NCBI GenBank assembly: GCA_951406725.2
Contig: OX597823.1
Coordinates: 96,906,001-96,970,000 of the forward strand
Reading direction: 5' to 3'
Length of the DNA stretch: 64,000 nt
Origin: Octopus vulgaris
Taxonomy: Eukaryota
The position numbers were made by a program, and so were the translations under genes. The notes under the pieces were generated by a model. The model was not told the origin of the DNA. It ran no database searches and worked only from the letters and a program-made list of their open reading frames with translations. Below are positions 12,126 through 23,900 of this stretch, one piece after another (positions within the stretch are counted from its first letter, which is position 1; the number at the start of each line of letters is the position of its first letter).

Positions 12126-14948
12126 TGTGTGTATATGTTTGTATGTCTGTGTTTACGTCCCCGTAACTTAGCAGTTCAGCAAAAGAGACCGATAGAATAA
12201 GTACTCGGCTTCCAAAGAATAAGTCCTGGGGTCGATTTGTGCTACTAAAAGCTGGTGCTCCAGCATGGCCACATTCAAATGACTCAAACAAGTAAAAGAG
12301 AAAAAAAAAAAGAACAGTTCGTAGCCACCCAGCTTTAAAGAATGTCATGTAGAAGAAATTCAGTCCACCACTAACTGCTTCCAATATAGGTTAGTTGACA
12401 AGATCAAAGTGGAAACCATGAAACCTAGAATAAGAAAACTAAAGCTGCTGCCTCTCTGAAGCAGTTTTAGTTGTTGTCACTTTGACCTCAATCAGTATCT
12501 TAAAAATAAAGAAGGATACGTTAGATGATGTATTTCGTTTTGGGATTTGGTTTGCAAGATTCTTTATGTGAGTATGTGTGTTGAAGCATATTTTGTTGTG
12601 TCTGGGGAGAGTCATTACTTAACACACTCATGACTTTGATTTTCACTCATTTACTTATTTATTTTTCTAAAATTTTTGTTGCGTCTTGCAACCTTTTCAA
12701 TAAGTAAATGAATGAAAATCAGACTGGTGAGTGTGTTAAATTGTAAGGCACTAAAAGAGAATGACTCTCCCCAGACACAACAGAATTAGATGATGTAGTT
12801 TGGGGTAGATAATCTGAAAATAAGATGGGGTGGTCATAGATGGAATACTTTGATCAAAGATTATTTGATCAGCTAAGTAGCAATTTACAAAAAAATACTT
12901 TGTTGGATTCTCATGATTCCATACGAAGATGAAGATTTCGTTTTGGTGTTGGTGGCCATGGCAGTACTGTCTCACTGGTGACTGAAGGTATGTGGCTTTG
13001 TGGTTAGAGCATTTGGCTCACGATCATAAGAACATGAGTTTGATTCCAGGCGGCGTATTATGTCCTTGAGCAAGACACTTTATTTCACATTGCTCCAGTC
13101 CACTCAGCTGGCAACGGTGAGTTGTACCTGTAATTCAATGGGGGCCATCCTTGTCACACTGAATCTCTGTGAGAACTATATCATGGTTCCATGTGTCTGT
13201 GGAGTGCTCGTGTTAATTTCAGAAGCAGGTTGTTCTGTCGATTGAATCACCTGGGACCCTCATCATCGTAATTGATGGAGTGTCAGACTCATGGTGATAT
13301 AAGCAGTTTCAGTCATTTCTAATATTCTATGAAAAACGTGTCTGTCCATGGGGAAATATTATCTTGCTTGGAAACAGGTAAAGGTTTGTGACAGAAAGAG
13401 CATCCAACCATAGAAAGTATGCTTCAGTGAACTTTGTTTCATGCAAACATGGAAAAGTGAACTTTCAAATGATGATGATGATGATGGTGATGGTGGTGAC
13501 AGTGGCAGTAATGGTGGTGGCAGTGGAGGAAGCGAAGGAGCCGGGGGGAGGACACATGCTCAATGAACCACATAGTGAGACCAAACCTGAAGCCTTTGAC
13601 AACTTTGACAAGCAAAGTTCCCAACCATACCTGGATGTATTCTCAGATATTTAATATATTTCAGAATTGTTAGCACACTGGATGAAATACTTTGTGGCAT
13701 TTTGTCCATCTTTATGTTCTGAGTTCAAATGGCACCAAGGTTGACTTTGCCTTTTTATCTTTTCAGAGTTGATGAAATAAGTACCAGTTGAGCACTGGGG
13801 TTTTTGTAATTGATTTTCTCCCCTACCCCAAAATTGCTGGCCTTGTGCCAAAATTTAAAACCAATTTATTTCCTTTACCCTTTCTTTTCAGTCGACAAAG
13901 TGTCAGACACAATGACAGACGTGCCCCACATCCCATTAATTATAGAATTTGTTCAGTATTGTTCAATGATTGTGTTTTTGGAAGCTGGGATCACTTCCCC
14001 TCACAGAAATCCTGTGACCGTGGACTCTGCACTGTTTTTCGCTCCTAAAGTGCAAGTAACATGAAAAAGATTCATTTAGTAATCTCAGCCAAAGTTTTAA
14101 TCAATAAATAGACACCAGTACTTTACTGGTATGTATATTTTTATCTTCACAGATAAAAATCACAGCTGACGTTGGTAGGATTTGAACACAGAATATAAGG
14201 GATTGAAACTAAATAATACTCCCAAAGCATTTTGCTAAATGCTCTAAGCCACAGCCCTTTCGTTATAGCATTAATAATGGTATTGTGTTGTACTTTCAGA
14301 CCTCGAAGGCCAGCTAGCAACTGGTTCGCAGTCTCAGATGAACTTGTCGCGTGGTGTACAGTCATTTGGTTTCAAACTTGAAACTGGGAAAAAACTTGAA
14401 AAGGAATTCCACATTATTGTCAAGGTAATTTGTAATTCTATATTCTCTTTTATTGTTCTTCTTTCTTTTTATTTATTTTTTTAAAAAAATTATTATTATT
14501 ATTATTGTTTAAAGGTGGCATGCTGGTAGAATCCTTAACAGGCCTGGCAAACTGCTTAGCATCATTTCATCCGTCATTACATTCTGAGTTCAAATTCTGC
14601 TGAAGTCAGCTTCTCCTTTCATCCTTTCCAGGTCAATAAATTAAGTACCAGTTGCATATTGGAGGTCGATCTAATCGACTGGCCCCATCCCCCAAAATTT
14701 CGGGCCTTGTGCCAAGAGCAGAAAAGAATATCTAAGGTGGCAAGCTGGTAGAAATGTTAGCATGCCGAGCGAAATGCTTAGCAGTATTTCATCCATCTTT
14801 ATGCTCTGAGTTCAAATTCCACTGAGGTCGACTTTGCCTTTCATCCTTTCAAGGTTGATAAATTAAGTACCAGTGAAACACTGGGGTCAATGTAATCGAC
14901 TAGTACCTCTCCCCACAAATTTCAGGTTTTGTGCCTTTATTAGAAAGG

Positions 14949-14986
<38 letters not shown>

Positions 14987-17900
14987 TATTAAGGCAGCAA
15001 GCTGGCAGAATTGTTAGCACGCTGTGCATTATGCTTAGTGGTATTTCATGTCTTTATATTCTGAGTTCAAATTCTGCCGAGGTAATTATTTTACTAAGAG
15101 GAAGTGCATGGCTCAGTGGTTAAGATGTTACACTCATGACTGTAAGATTGTGGTTTCAATTCTTGGACCAGGCAATGTGTTGGCTTCTTGAGCAGAATGC
15201 TTCATTTCACATCACTCCAGTCCATTCAGCTAGCAGAAATGAGTAATCCGATGGACAGGTGTCCCATCCAGAGGCAAGTATGTACGCCAGAGAATCTGGG
15301 GAACCAGTTCTTTGAGTCTTATATGACTCAGAAAGGAGCTTTCATCCATATTTTATTTTATTGATCTCAGTCACACAAAAGGCAAAGATATTCTTTATGG
15401 GATTTGAACTCAGTTTGTATGGAAACCAAGCTAACTATTATGTGGCTATAATATCATATAAGTCCAAGGTTCCTTTTCTATCATTTTTCTATCACTCCAA
15501 TGAATAAAATATTCTTTTCTACTCTAAGCATAAGACCCGAAATTTTGGGGGAGGGGGCCAGTCGATTAGACCAACCCCAGCACACAACTGGTACTTAATG
15601 TATCGACTCTGAATGGATGAAAGGCAAAGTTGACCTCAGCAGAATTTGAACCCAGAATGTAAAGGCAGATGAAATACCACTAAGCATTTCGCCCAGTATG
15701 CTAATGTTTTTGCCAGCTCACTGCTTTCCAATGAATAAAATATTGAGATGGCTGTGTGGTTAAGAAGCTTGCTTCCCACCTACACAGTATGGGGATCAAT
15801 CCCATTGTGTAGAATCTTGGGCAGGTGTCTTCTACTATAGCCACAAGCTGACCCAAACCTTGGGAGTGGATTTGGTAACTGAAAGAAGCCTGGTGGCCGA
15901 TGACAGTACCGCGTGATTGGCACTTATGCCAGTGGCATGTAAAAAGCACCATTCAAGCATGGTCAATGTCAGTGCTGCCTGACTGGCTCCCATGCCAGTG
16001 GCACGTAAAAAGCACCACTTGAGTGTGGTTGATGCCTGTGCCACCTGACTGGCTCTCATGCTGTTGGCACATAAAAAGCACCATTCAAATGTGGTCAATG
16101 CCAGTGCCACCTGACTGACCCTCATGCCGGCGGCACATAAGAAGCACCCACTACACTCTTGGAGTGGTTGGCATTAGGAAGGGCATCCAGCTGTAGAAAC
16201 TCTTCCAGATCAGATTGAGCCTGGTGCAGCCTTCTTGCTTGCCAGTCCCTCAGTCAAACCGTCCAACCCATGCCAGCATAGAAAGCGGACGTTAAACGAT
16301 GATGATATATATATACAGACATACATACACACGTATGTTTGTATGTGTGTATGCATGCATGTACATATGTATGTTTGTGCATGCATGTGTGTCTGTGTTC
16401 TTCTCTTGGCATCACTTGATGGTTTTAAACGAGTGTTACTTCTATAAAAAAAGTCACTCATTTCCAATCATTCATATTTGACCGTGGAGAATATCACCTT
16501 GCGAAGAATTAGGTGAGGCTTGGCAACAGAAATGGCATCTAGACATAAAAAATCTGCCTCAACAAATTCCATCAAACTCATTCAGGCATAGAAAAGTGGA
16601 CATTTAAACATTGATGATGACGTTGTTGATGATGAGACTGGTGATGTTCATTACCAACCTGACTGAAACCGCCTCTGGCTCCGTAGTACAAATGTCTTGT
16701 TTTCATAAGTTCTGAATTAAAATCTTCCACCAAACCTTAGTCATAATTAATGTTCCTAACACTAGCTGAATGATAACTAAGTTCATCATCATCATCATTT
16801 AACGTCCGCTTTCCATGCTAGCATGGCTTGGACAGTTTGACTGAAGGCTGGCGAACCAGATGGCTGCGCCAGGCTCCAATCTTGATCTGGCAGGGTTTCT
16901 ACAGCTGGATGCCTTTCCTAATGCCAACCACTCTGAGAGTGTTGTGGGTGCTTTTTACGTGCCACTGACACGGGGGCCAGTCAGACGGTACTGGCAATGA
17001 CCTCAATCGAATCTTTTTACACATGTCACCGGCACAGGTGCCAGTAAGGTGATGTTGGTAACGATCACGCTCGAATGGTGCCCTTTTACGTGCCACTGGC
17101 ACGGAAGCCAGTTGGCTGCTCTGATGTTACTAAATTCTTTGTTATATTTAAAATAACTGAGAGAAAAACAGAGCATCTCAAAATAAATACGGTAATGAAA
17201 GGGTTAAGCATTTTGTTTTTTGTGGAACATTCTTACATGACATTCTTCTTGTTTTTCTTTTTCTTTTAGGAACACCCAAATATTTTCCAGCCCATTCACA
17301 TCACCATTCAAATGGCTTTGGCTAAAAATGCCACCTGTAAGATATGTCCAATACTAAGGACAAAGACCTTTTTAAAGAAGGTAAATATCTTTCTTGAAAT
17401 TATCGTCTTCACTATATTTATATTTTTTTTTTTACTCTTTTATGATCACATTTCTAAGGAAATAAATTCTTTTTTTTTTTTCTTTAATCTTTTACTTGTT
17501 TCAGCCATTCGTCTGTGCCCATGCTAGGGCACCACCTTGAAAAATTTTGAGTCAGATTAACTGACCTTGTACTTATTTTCTTTAAAGCCTGGTTCTTATT
17601 CCATCAGTTACTTTTGCTGAACCGCTAAGTTACATGGACATAAACACATCAATACCAGTTGTCGAGCAATGACAAGAGACAAACACAAACACATACATAT
17701 GGGTTTCTTTAATTATTTTCCAAATTCATTAAAACAATGTATTTCAACAGAAATTTGGTAAAGGAAAAGTTAACCCTTTTGCTACCAACTGCCTAAGACT
17801 ACCCCTGGTTTTATGATGCACACTGCCTGTTTTAAAGTGATCTTAATTAAAGCTTATAACCAAAATTTCATTTTAATTCATCACCAGCTTAATAATGACA

Positions 17901-20900
17901 GAATTCGTTTACTAAATTCATTATTTCCTAAATTATTTGAAACAAAGACAATGTGGTTTAACAAAAAGGTTAAAATAGGTTGTTTTGTCTCATAAACCCG
18001 GTGACCCTCTTGCAGGTTGGTCTCAAGAGTTAGAATTCTTTCTTTTTTAGTTTCGTACATCTATTCTATATTGTGTGTGTGTGTGTGTGTGTGTGTGTCA
18101 GTCACTGTCTTATCCATTTCCAATCTTCTGCGAAATTACGTTCGGGGACGAATTTTCGCAGAAGATTGGAAATGAATAACACCGCTCATAATATGATGAA
18201 CGCACACACACACACGGCCAGCTTCTTTCCGTTTCCGTCTACCAAACCAAACTCACAAGGAAGTCGACCTGATACTGTAAAAGATTTGGCGATCCTTCGG
18301 TATAAGTACACACGTGGCTTTGTTTACATTTGTGAAGATAATAGAAACCCTTTTCTCCCACCCTTAACCCTAACCCCCATATATAAAAAAAAAACCACTT
18401 TCTTGAAATGTATCCGGTACTTATACCGAAGACTTTTGTTTGGAGCAGCTTAAATAATGTAAACACTATCAATATGACGTACTTCATTTCTGTGCGTTAT
18501 TAAACTCTGTGAAGCCGCGGTACCTCGTCCAGGCTAGATTCCAGCAAGACCTATTGTGTTTAAAAACACAGAATGTCACAAAGTTTGACGAAACGAAATC
18601 GCTCCATGTCACGCAGTGGGATTGAAACCAACATTACCTGGGTGGGAAGCGAACTTCCTCACTATGCAGCCATGTCTGTGCTTATATACAGTCACTGATA
18701 ATTTTACATCTCCAACGACTGGCCACTTTAAAATTGTCTTGGTCGGGAAAAGAATGCGAACCATTGACCTCTGAACTGGTTAACTGTTGCTCTTCTAACA
18801 ACATCTGTTATACTACGGTGGGGAAATGGAATCTTGTGCTATAACCGATATCGGCACATTTCAGTATCAATAAAGGATATTTGGTGCAACTGTAACAAGT
18901 GGTAGACTAGTTTGCATTGCTGTGATCTTAATTAACCTCACAGTAAAGACGTTAGAGTGTTTGATAGATTGCTTTGTGGGAGTAGTCGTTCGGGCTCTTT
19001 GCATTCTGGGTTCAAAATCTGCTGAGTTTTGGCTTTCAGCCTTTCCAAGGTCGGTGAAGTAATTTATTGTACTGGGGTCGATTCTTAAAACTTTCTTTCT
19101 GCCTGTCTATCAGTATCTCTCTTTCTCTCTATAAGAAATCGACTGGGGTCAGATTTCGAGAGGGATTCACCCTGCCACACCCAAAAGATGTCCTGAGACA
19201 CGTCGTTATGTCTCCACGGCACCCTACGGCTCTATCAAGTATTTGAAGGCCCAAGGCAAGGAGGCAAAAAGCAAGGCAATTAAACAAATTGTCCAGAAGT
19301 CTAAGGGAAACAACTCTTGCATATATTATTTTGAAGCCTGACATCGAGATTATTGGAGATAAGAGATTTATTGCTTTGGCGAGAGAGCTGGATCGTCATC
19401 AGCATCATTGTCATCATCATCGTTGTCATCTTTATTATCATGATTGAAACTTCCGCTAATTCTTTTGAATGATCACATCCCTACCCTATTAAACAAAAAA
19501 AAAAAGCGTTTGGAATATCAAGTCCATGATACACTATGTTTGAAACAAAAACATAGGGTGGGTGATCTTGGTTGAAATAATTTTAATCACAGGTCTCTCA
19601 AATCAGGGTCAACGTGGTTGCTGCTTGACCCACTAAAAATAGCAGCCAAATATCCCTTGAACGACACTGTTGTCCGAAAAAAAAGTTACGATGGAGGGGT
19701 AATGATGCAGGAAAATAAGATTGGATGGTCATGGTTGGAGTAATTTTCGTTATAGGATTGTTCACTTACGTCTGATCTGGAGTTAAACATCGGCAATAGC
19801 GATCATCATCATCATCGTCATCACTGTCATTTACCATAGTCAATACTACACCACCATGTCGTCACTGCTACCACCACCACTATTTTCGGATCTTTTCGGT
19901 TTGAACGGCAGTTTTTCTTGCGGTGTCATATGAAATTGTCACCCATAATTATGACCCTAGCATCGATCTATTGCATTTCAATCTCTTTTAGGTTTAGGGG
20001 TGGGGAGAAGGGTATCTTTTTTTTCTTCAGAAATGTAAATAACCCAATCTGTTTCTTAAATGAGGGACATATTCATACGGCACATAATGTTTTTTACCTC
20101 AATAGACGTCATTGATTGGTTGAAATTGCAGAATTGAAGAAAAAAAACAACAAATATCTTACAAACTATAGAATTTTCTGAATAAAGCCAAGAGAAAAAG
20201 ATGTTTTATAAACTCATTCTACCAGTATATGAAGTTTAAAATTGTTTAGTTACCTAGAAATTATGTTAAAAAACTGCCGTTCAAACCGAAAAGATCCCTA
20301 TTTTCATCACTGCAATGATAACAACCACCACCACCACCACTCTCACCATCTTTATATTTATCACTGCTTGTGAAGGTGCATGGCTTAATGGTTAGGGTAT
20401 TCGGCTCATAATTGTGAGGACATGAGTTCAATTCCCAGAGGTGTGGTGTGTCCTTAAGCAAGCTACTTTTTTTGTTTTTGCTCCAGTCCACTCAGCTGGT
20501 AAAAGTGAGTTCTACCTGTATTTCAAAGGGCCAGTCCTGTCACATTCTGTGTCATGCTGAATGTCTCTGAGAACTATGTCATGGATTATGCATGTCTGTG
20601 GAGTGCTCAGCCACTTGCACGTTACCTTCATGAGCAGGATGTTCCTCTGAACGGATAGAGAGGAACACTCACCATCACAACCAACAGAGTGCCTCTTCAA
20701 TCTACCACTACCACCACACTTCTGTCCTCACTTGGTCCAAGAACTATAAGGTGGCGAGCAGGCAGAAACGTTAGCACACCGGGCGAAATGCTTAGCGGTA
20801 TTTCGTCTGCCATTACGCACTGAGTTCAAATCCCGCTGAGGTTAACTTTGCCTTTCATCCTTTCAGGGTCAATAAATCTAGTACCAGTTACACACTGGGG

Positions 20901-23900
20901 TCGATGTAATCGACTTAATCCATTTGTCTGTCCTTGTTTGTCCCCTCTGTGTTTAGCCCCTTGTGGGTAGTAAAGAAATAGGTATTTCGTCTGCCGTTAC
21001 ATTCTGAGTTTAAATTCCACCAAGGTCAACTTTGCCTTTCATCCTTTCAGGGTCGATAAATTAAGTACCAGTTACACACTGGGGTCGATATAATCGACTT
21101 AACCCCTTTGTCTGTCCTTGTTTGTTCCCTCTGTGTTTAGCCTCTTGTGGGCAGTGAAGAAATAAGAATGCAGTTGCTTCCGAGACTGCGTTGATACATA
21201 CTTTCATTGAGGCAGAGAGCAGTTTTATTGAACATCCTTTGACATTTCAACTGGCCAGATTCAGCTTCTTACACCAACCATACAATGTCAATCTAAAAAT
21301 AAAGAGTCACATCATTGATATCTCAAAGCTACAAGATAATACAGGATTAATTAACAATAGCATGAATGAATAAATATTGCATTTGACAAAGCACGTGTGT
21401 ATGGGTGCACTTGCATGCACCCACATACACACACACATCTGTCAAGATATTCACTCTTGCACACATACTCTTTTACTTGCTTCAGTCATTTGACTGCGGC
21501 CATGCTGGAGCACCACCTTTAGTCGAGTAAATCGACACCGGGACTTATTCTTTGTAAGCCTAGTACTTATTCTATTGGTCTCTTTTGCCGAACCGATAAG
21601 TTACAGGGACGTAAACACAACAGCATCAGTTGTTAGTGGGGACAAACACAGACACATACATATATATAGTAGAAGACACTTGCCCAAGATGCCACTCCTG
21701 CACCTATGCATACATTATGTATATAATTTTTCCCAATTTATACTTCTTTATTTAAAAGACATTTAAATAATCAACAAAGACTTTTATTAAATATTTTTAA
21801 ATTACATTAAAAAAATTTGATTAAAAAAATTTTTTGTACTTTGTCCTTCCAGATACCATTTGAACTTGAGTGCGGTGACGATGATAAATGTACAACAGAT
21901 CTTAAAGTTTCTGCTTCGACAACTCTCAAGTATTTGCTGTATCAGAAGGAGGAGAAATTTGACATCAAAGTTGTTGTGTCTAACGGCAACAACCACGCTT
22001 ATAATTCATTTGCTACTTTCGTTTTCCCCAAATATCTTCAGTACATTCAAGCCATCAAATATAAAGTGCAACCAGACTTTGAATGTTCAACAGATAGCTC
22101 AGCAGAAGAAGACATGGTTCATTGTACTCTGGGCAATCCATTGCCTAAAAACACTAACAGCACATTTGCTTTAAAGTTCTCATCGACCGGAACAATTGAT
22201 CAACCAGAAAATGCGATAAATATCAGTGTTAAAACAAAAAGTTTTGAAAAACCACAAGATTTGAAAAATAATAAAATTACTATTAAAATTCCTAACAGGA
22301 TGAAGGCTTCTACAGAATTCTATGGGTAAGGTTTGCCTTTCCATTCTCTGCTTTTTTCTTTTGTTTTGTTTTCTGTCTTTCTTTTATCTTTACTTTTACT
22401 TGTTTCAGTCATTTGACTGCGGCAATGCTGGGGCATTGTCTTGCATTTTTAGTTGAATGAATCAACCCCTGGACTTATTTTTTAAGCCTGGTGTACTTAT
22501 TCTGTCAGTCTCTTTGGCCAAACTGCTAAGTTATTGGGATGCAAACACACCAACATCAGTTGTCAAGCAGGCGGGGGTGGGGACAAAAAACAGACAGAAA
22601 GACACACACACGTAGATATTCATACATATATGTGTATGTTATATACATATATATATATATATATTCACATATATATATATGCACACACACATATATATAT
22701 ATATACACACCAGGCCTTTTTCAGTTTCTGTCTACCAAATCTACTCACAAAGTATTCGTTGATCGAAGGCCATAGTAGAAAACTCTTGCCCAAGGTGCCA
22801 TGCAGTGTGACTGAACCCAGAACTATGTGGTTGGGAAGTAAGATTCTTACCACACAGTCACACCTGCACCTCTATCTATTTAAGCAGTAGTAGCAGTAGT
22901 AGCAATAGCAGTAGCAGTAGTAGTAGTAGTAGTAGTTGGCACCCCGTGACCACCACCACTGCCAACCAGCTTCTGACTGCGTCAACTTACATTCAAAAAC
23001 ATTCTAGCTATGACAAAGCTGTGTTGTCAGAAAGTTTATTTCACATTTCTGATTCTAACCTTGATTTTCTTCTTTGAAACAAACAAAAAAAAGAACAGGA
23101 AGCAAAAAGCGAGTAGGTATCATTTGAGAACAATTTGGCTGTTATTTCTAACAGCTTGATCACATAGAGATTCCCCCTTTACTACAGTTCACTTCAGTTT
23201 ACTTTCAGTGTGGAAAAAAATGGGATATAAATTAAGAACAGCTAAGATGCAATAATGATGAAATCTGGAGAGAAATGCCAATTCTTTGCTTCTAATTCTC
23301 TGATGTAGAAGAATGAGCCGAGGCAGACGTGGCCGTGTAGTTAAGAAGCTCACTTTGCAACCATGTGGTTTGAGGTTCAGTTCCACTGTGTAGCACCTTG
23401 GGCAAGTGTCTCATACTATAGCCCTGAGCCAACCAATGCCCTGGGAGTCAATTTGGTGGATGGAAACTGTGAGGAAGCTTGTGTGTGTGTGTTTCCTCCC
23501 CTTCTATTGCATGGAAACTGGTATTGGTTTGTTTGTATCCCTGTAACATAGCACTTTAGCAAAAGGGACTGATAGAATAAGTATTGAGGTCAATTATTCA
23601 ATTGAAATCCTTCCAGGCAGTCCTCCAGCATGGCCACAGTTCAATAACTGAAACTAATAAACAATTAAATGCCCGGGTAACAAGCCAGTTATTTTAAGAG
23701 AAGGATTTAGAAGATTCGACGGAGGTCATTGCCAGTACTGCCTGACTGGCCCCATGCCAGTGGCACGTAAAAGCACCCACTACACTCTCGGAGTGGTTGG
23801 CGTTAGGAAGGGCATCCAGCTGTAGAAATTCTGCCAGATCAAGATTGAAGCCTGGTGCAGCCATCTGGTTCACCAGCCCCCAGTCATTCGTCCAACCCAT

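Noticed and set aside
13892-14064. Plus-strand alternative integrin exon (good acceptor, in frame VDKVSDTM...VQVT*)
   Set aside because: No resemblance to thigh sequence and weak donors; 14300-14424 fits better. Not fully excluded without RNA data
18710-18906. Cys-rich frames (NCCSSNNICY) resembling the phospholipase A2 CCxxHDxCY motif
   Set aside because: Catalytic HD absent, frameshift needed, no start codon or splice support
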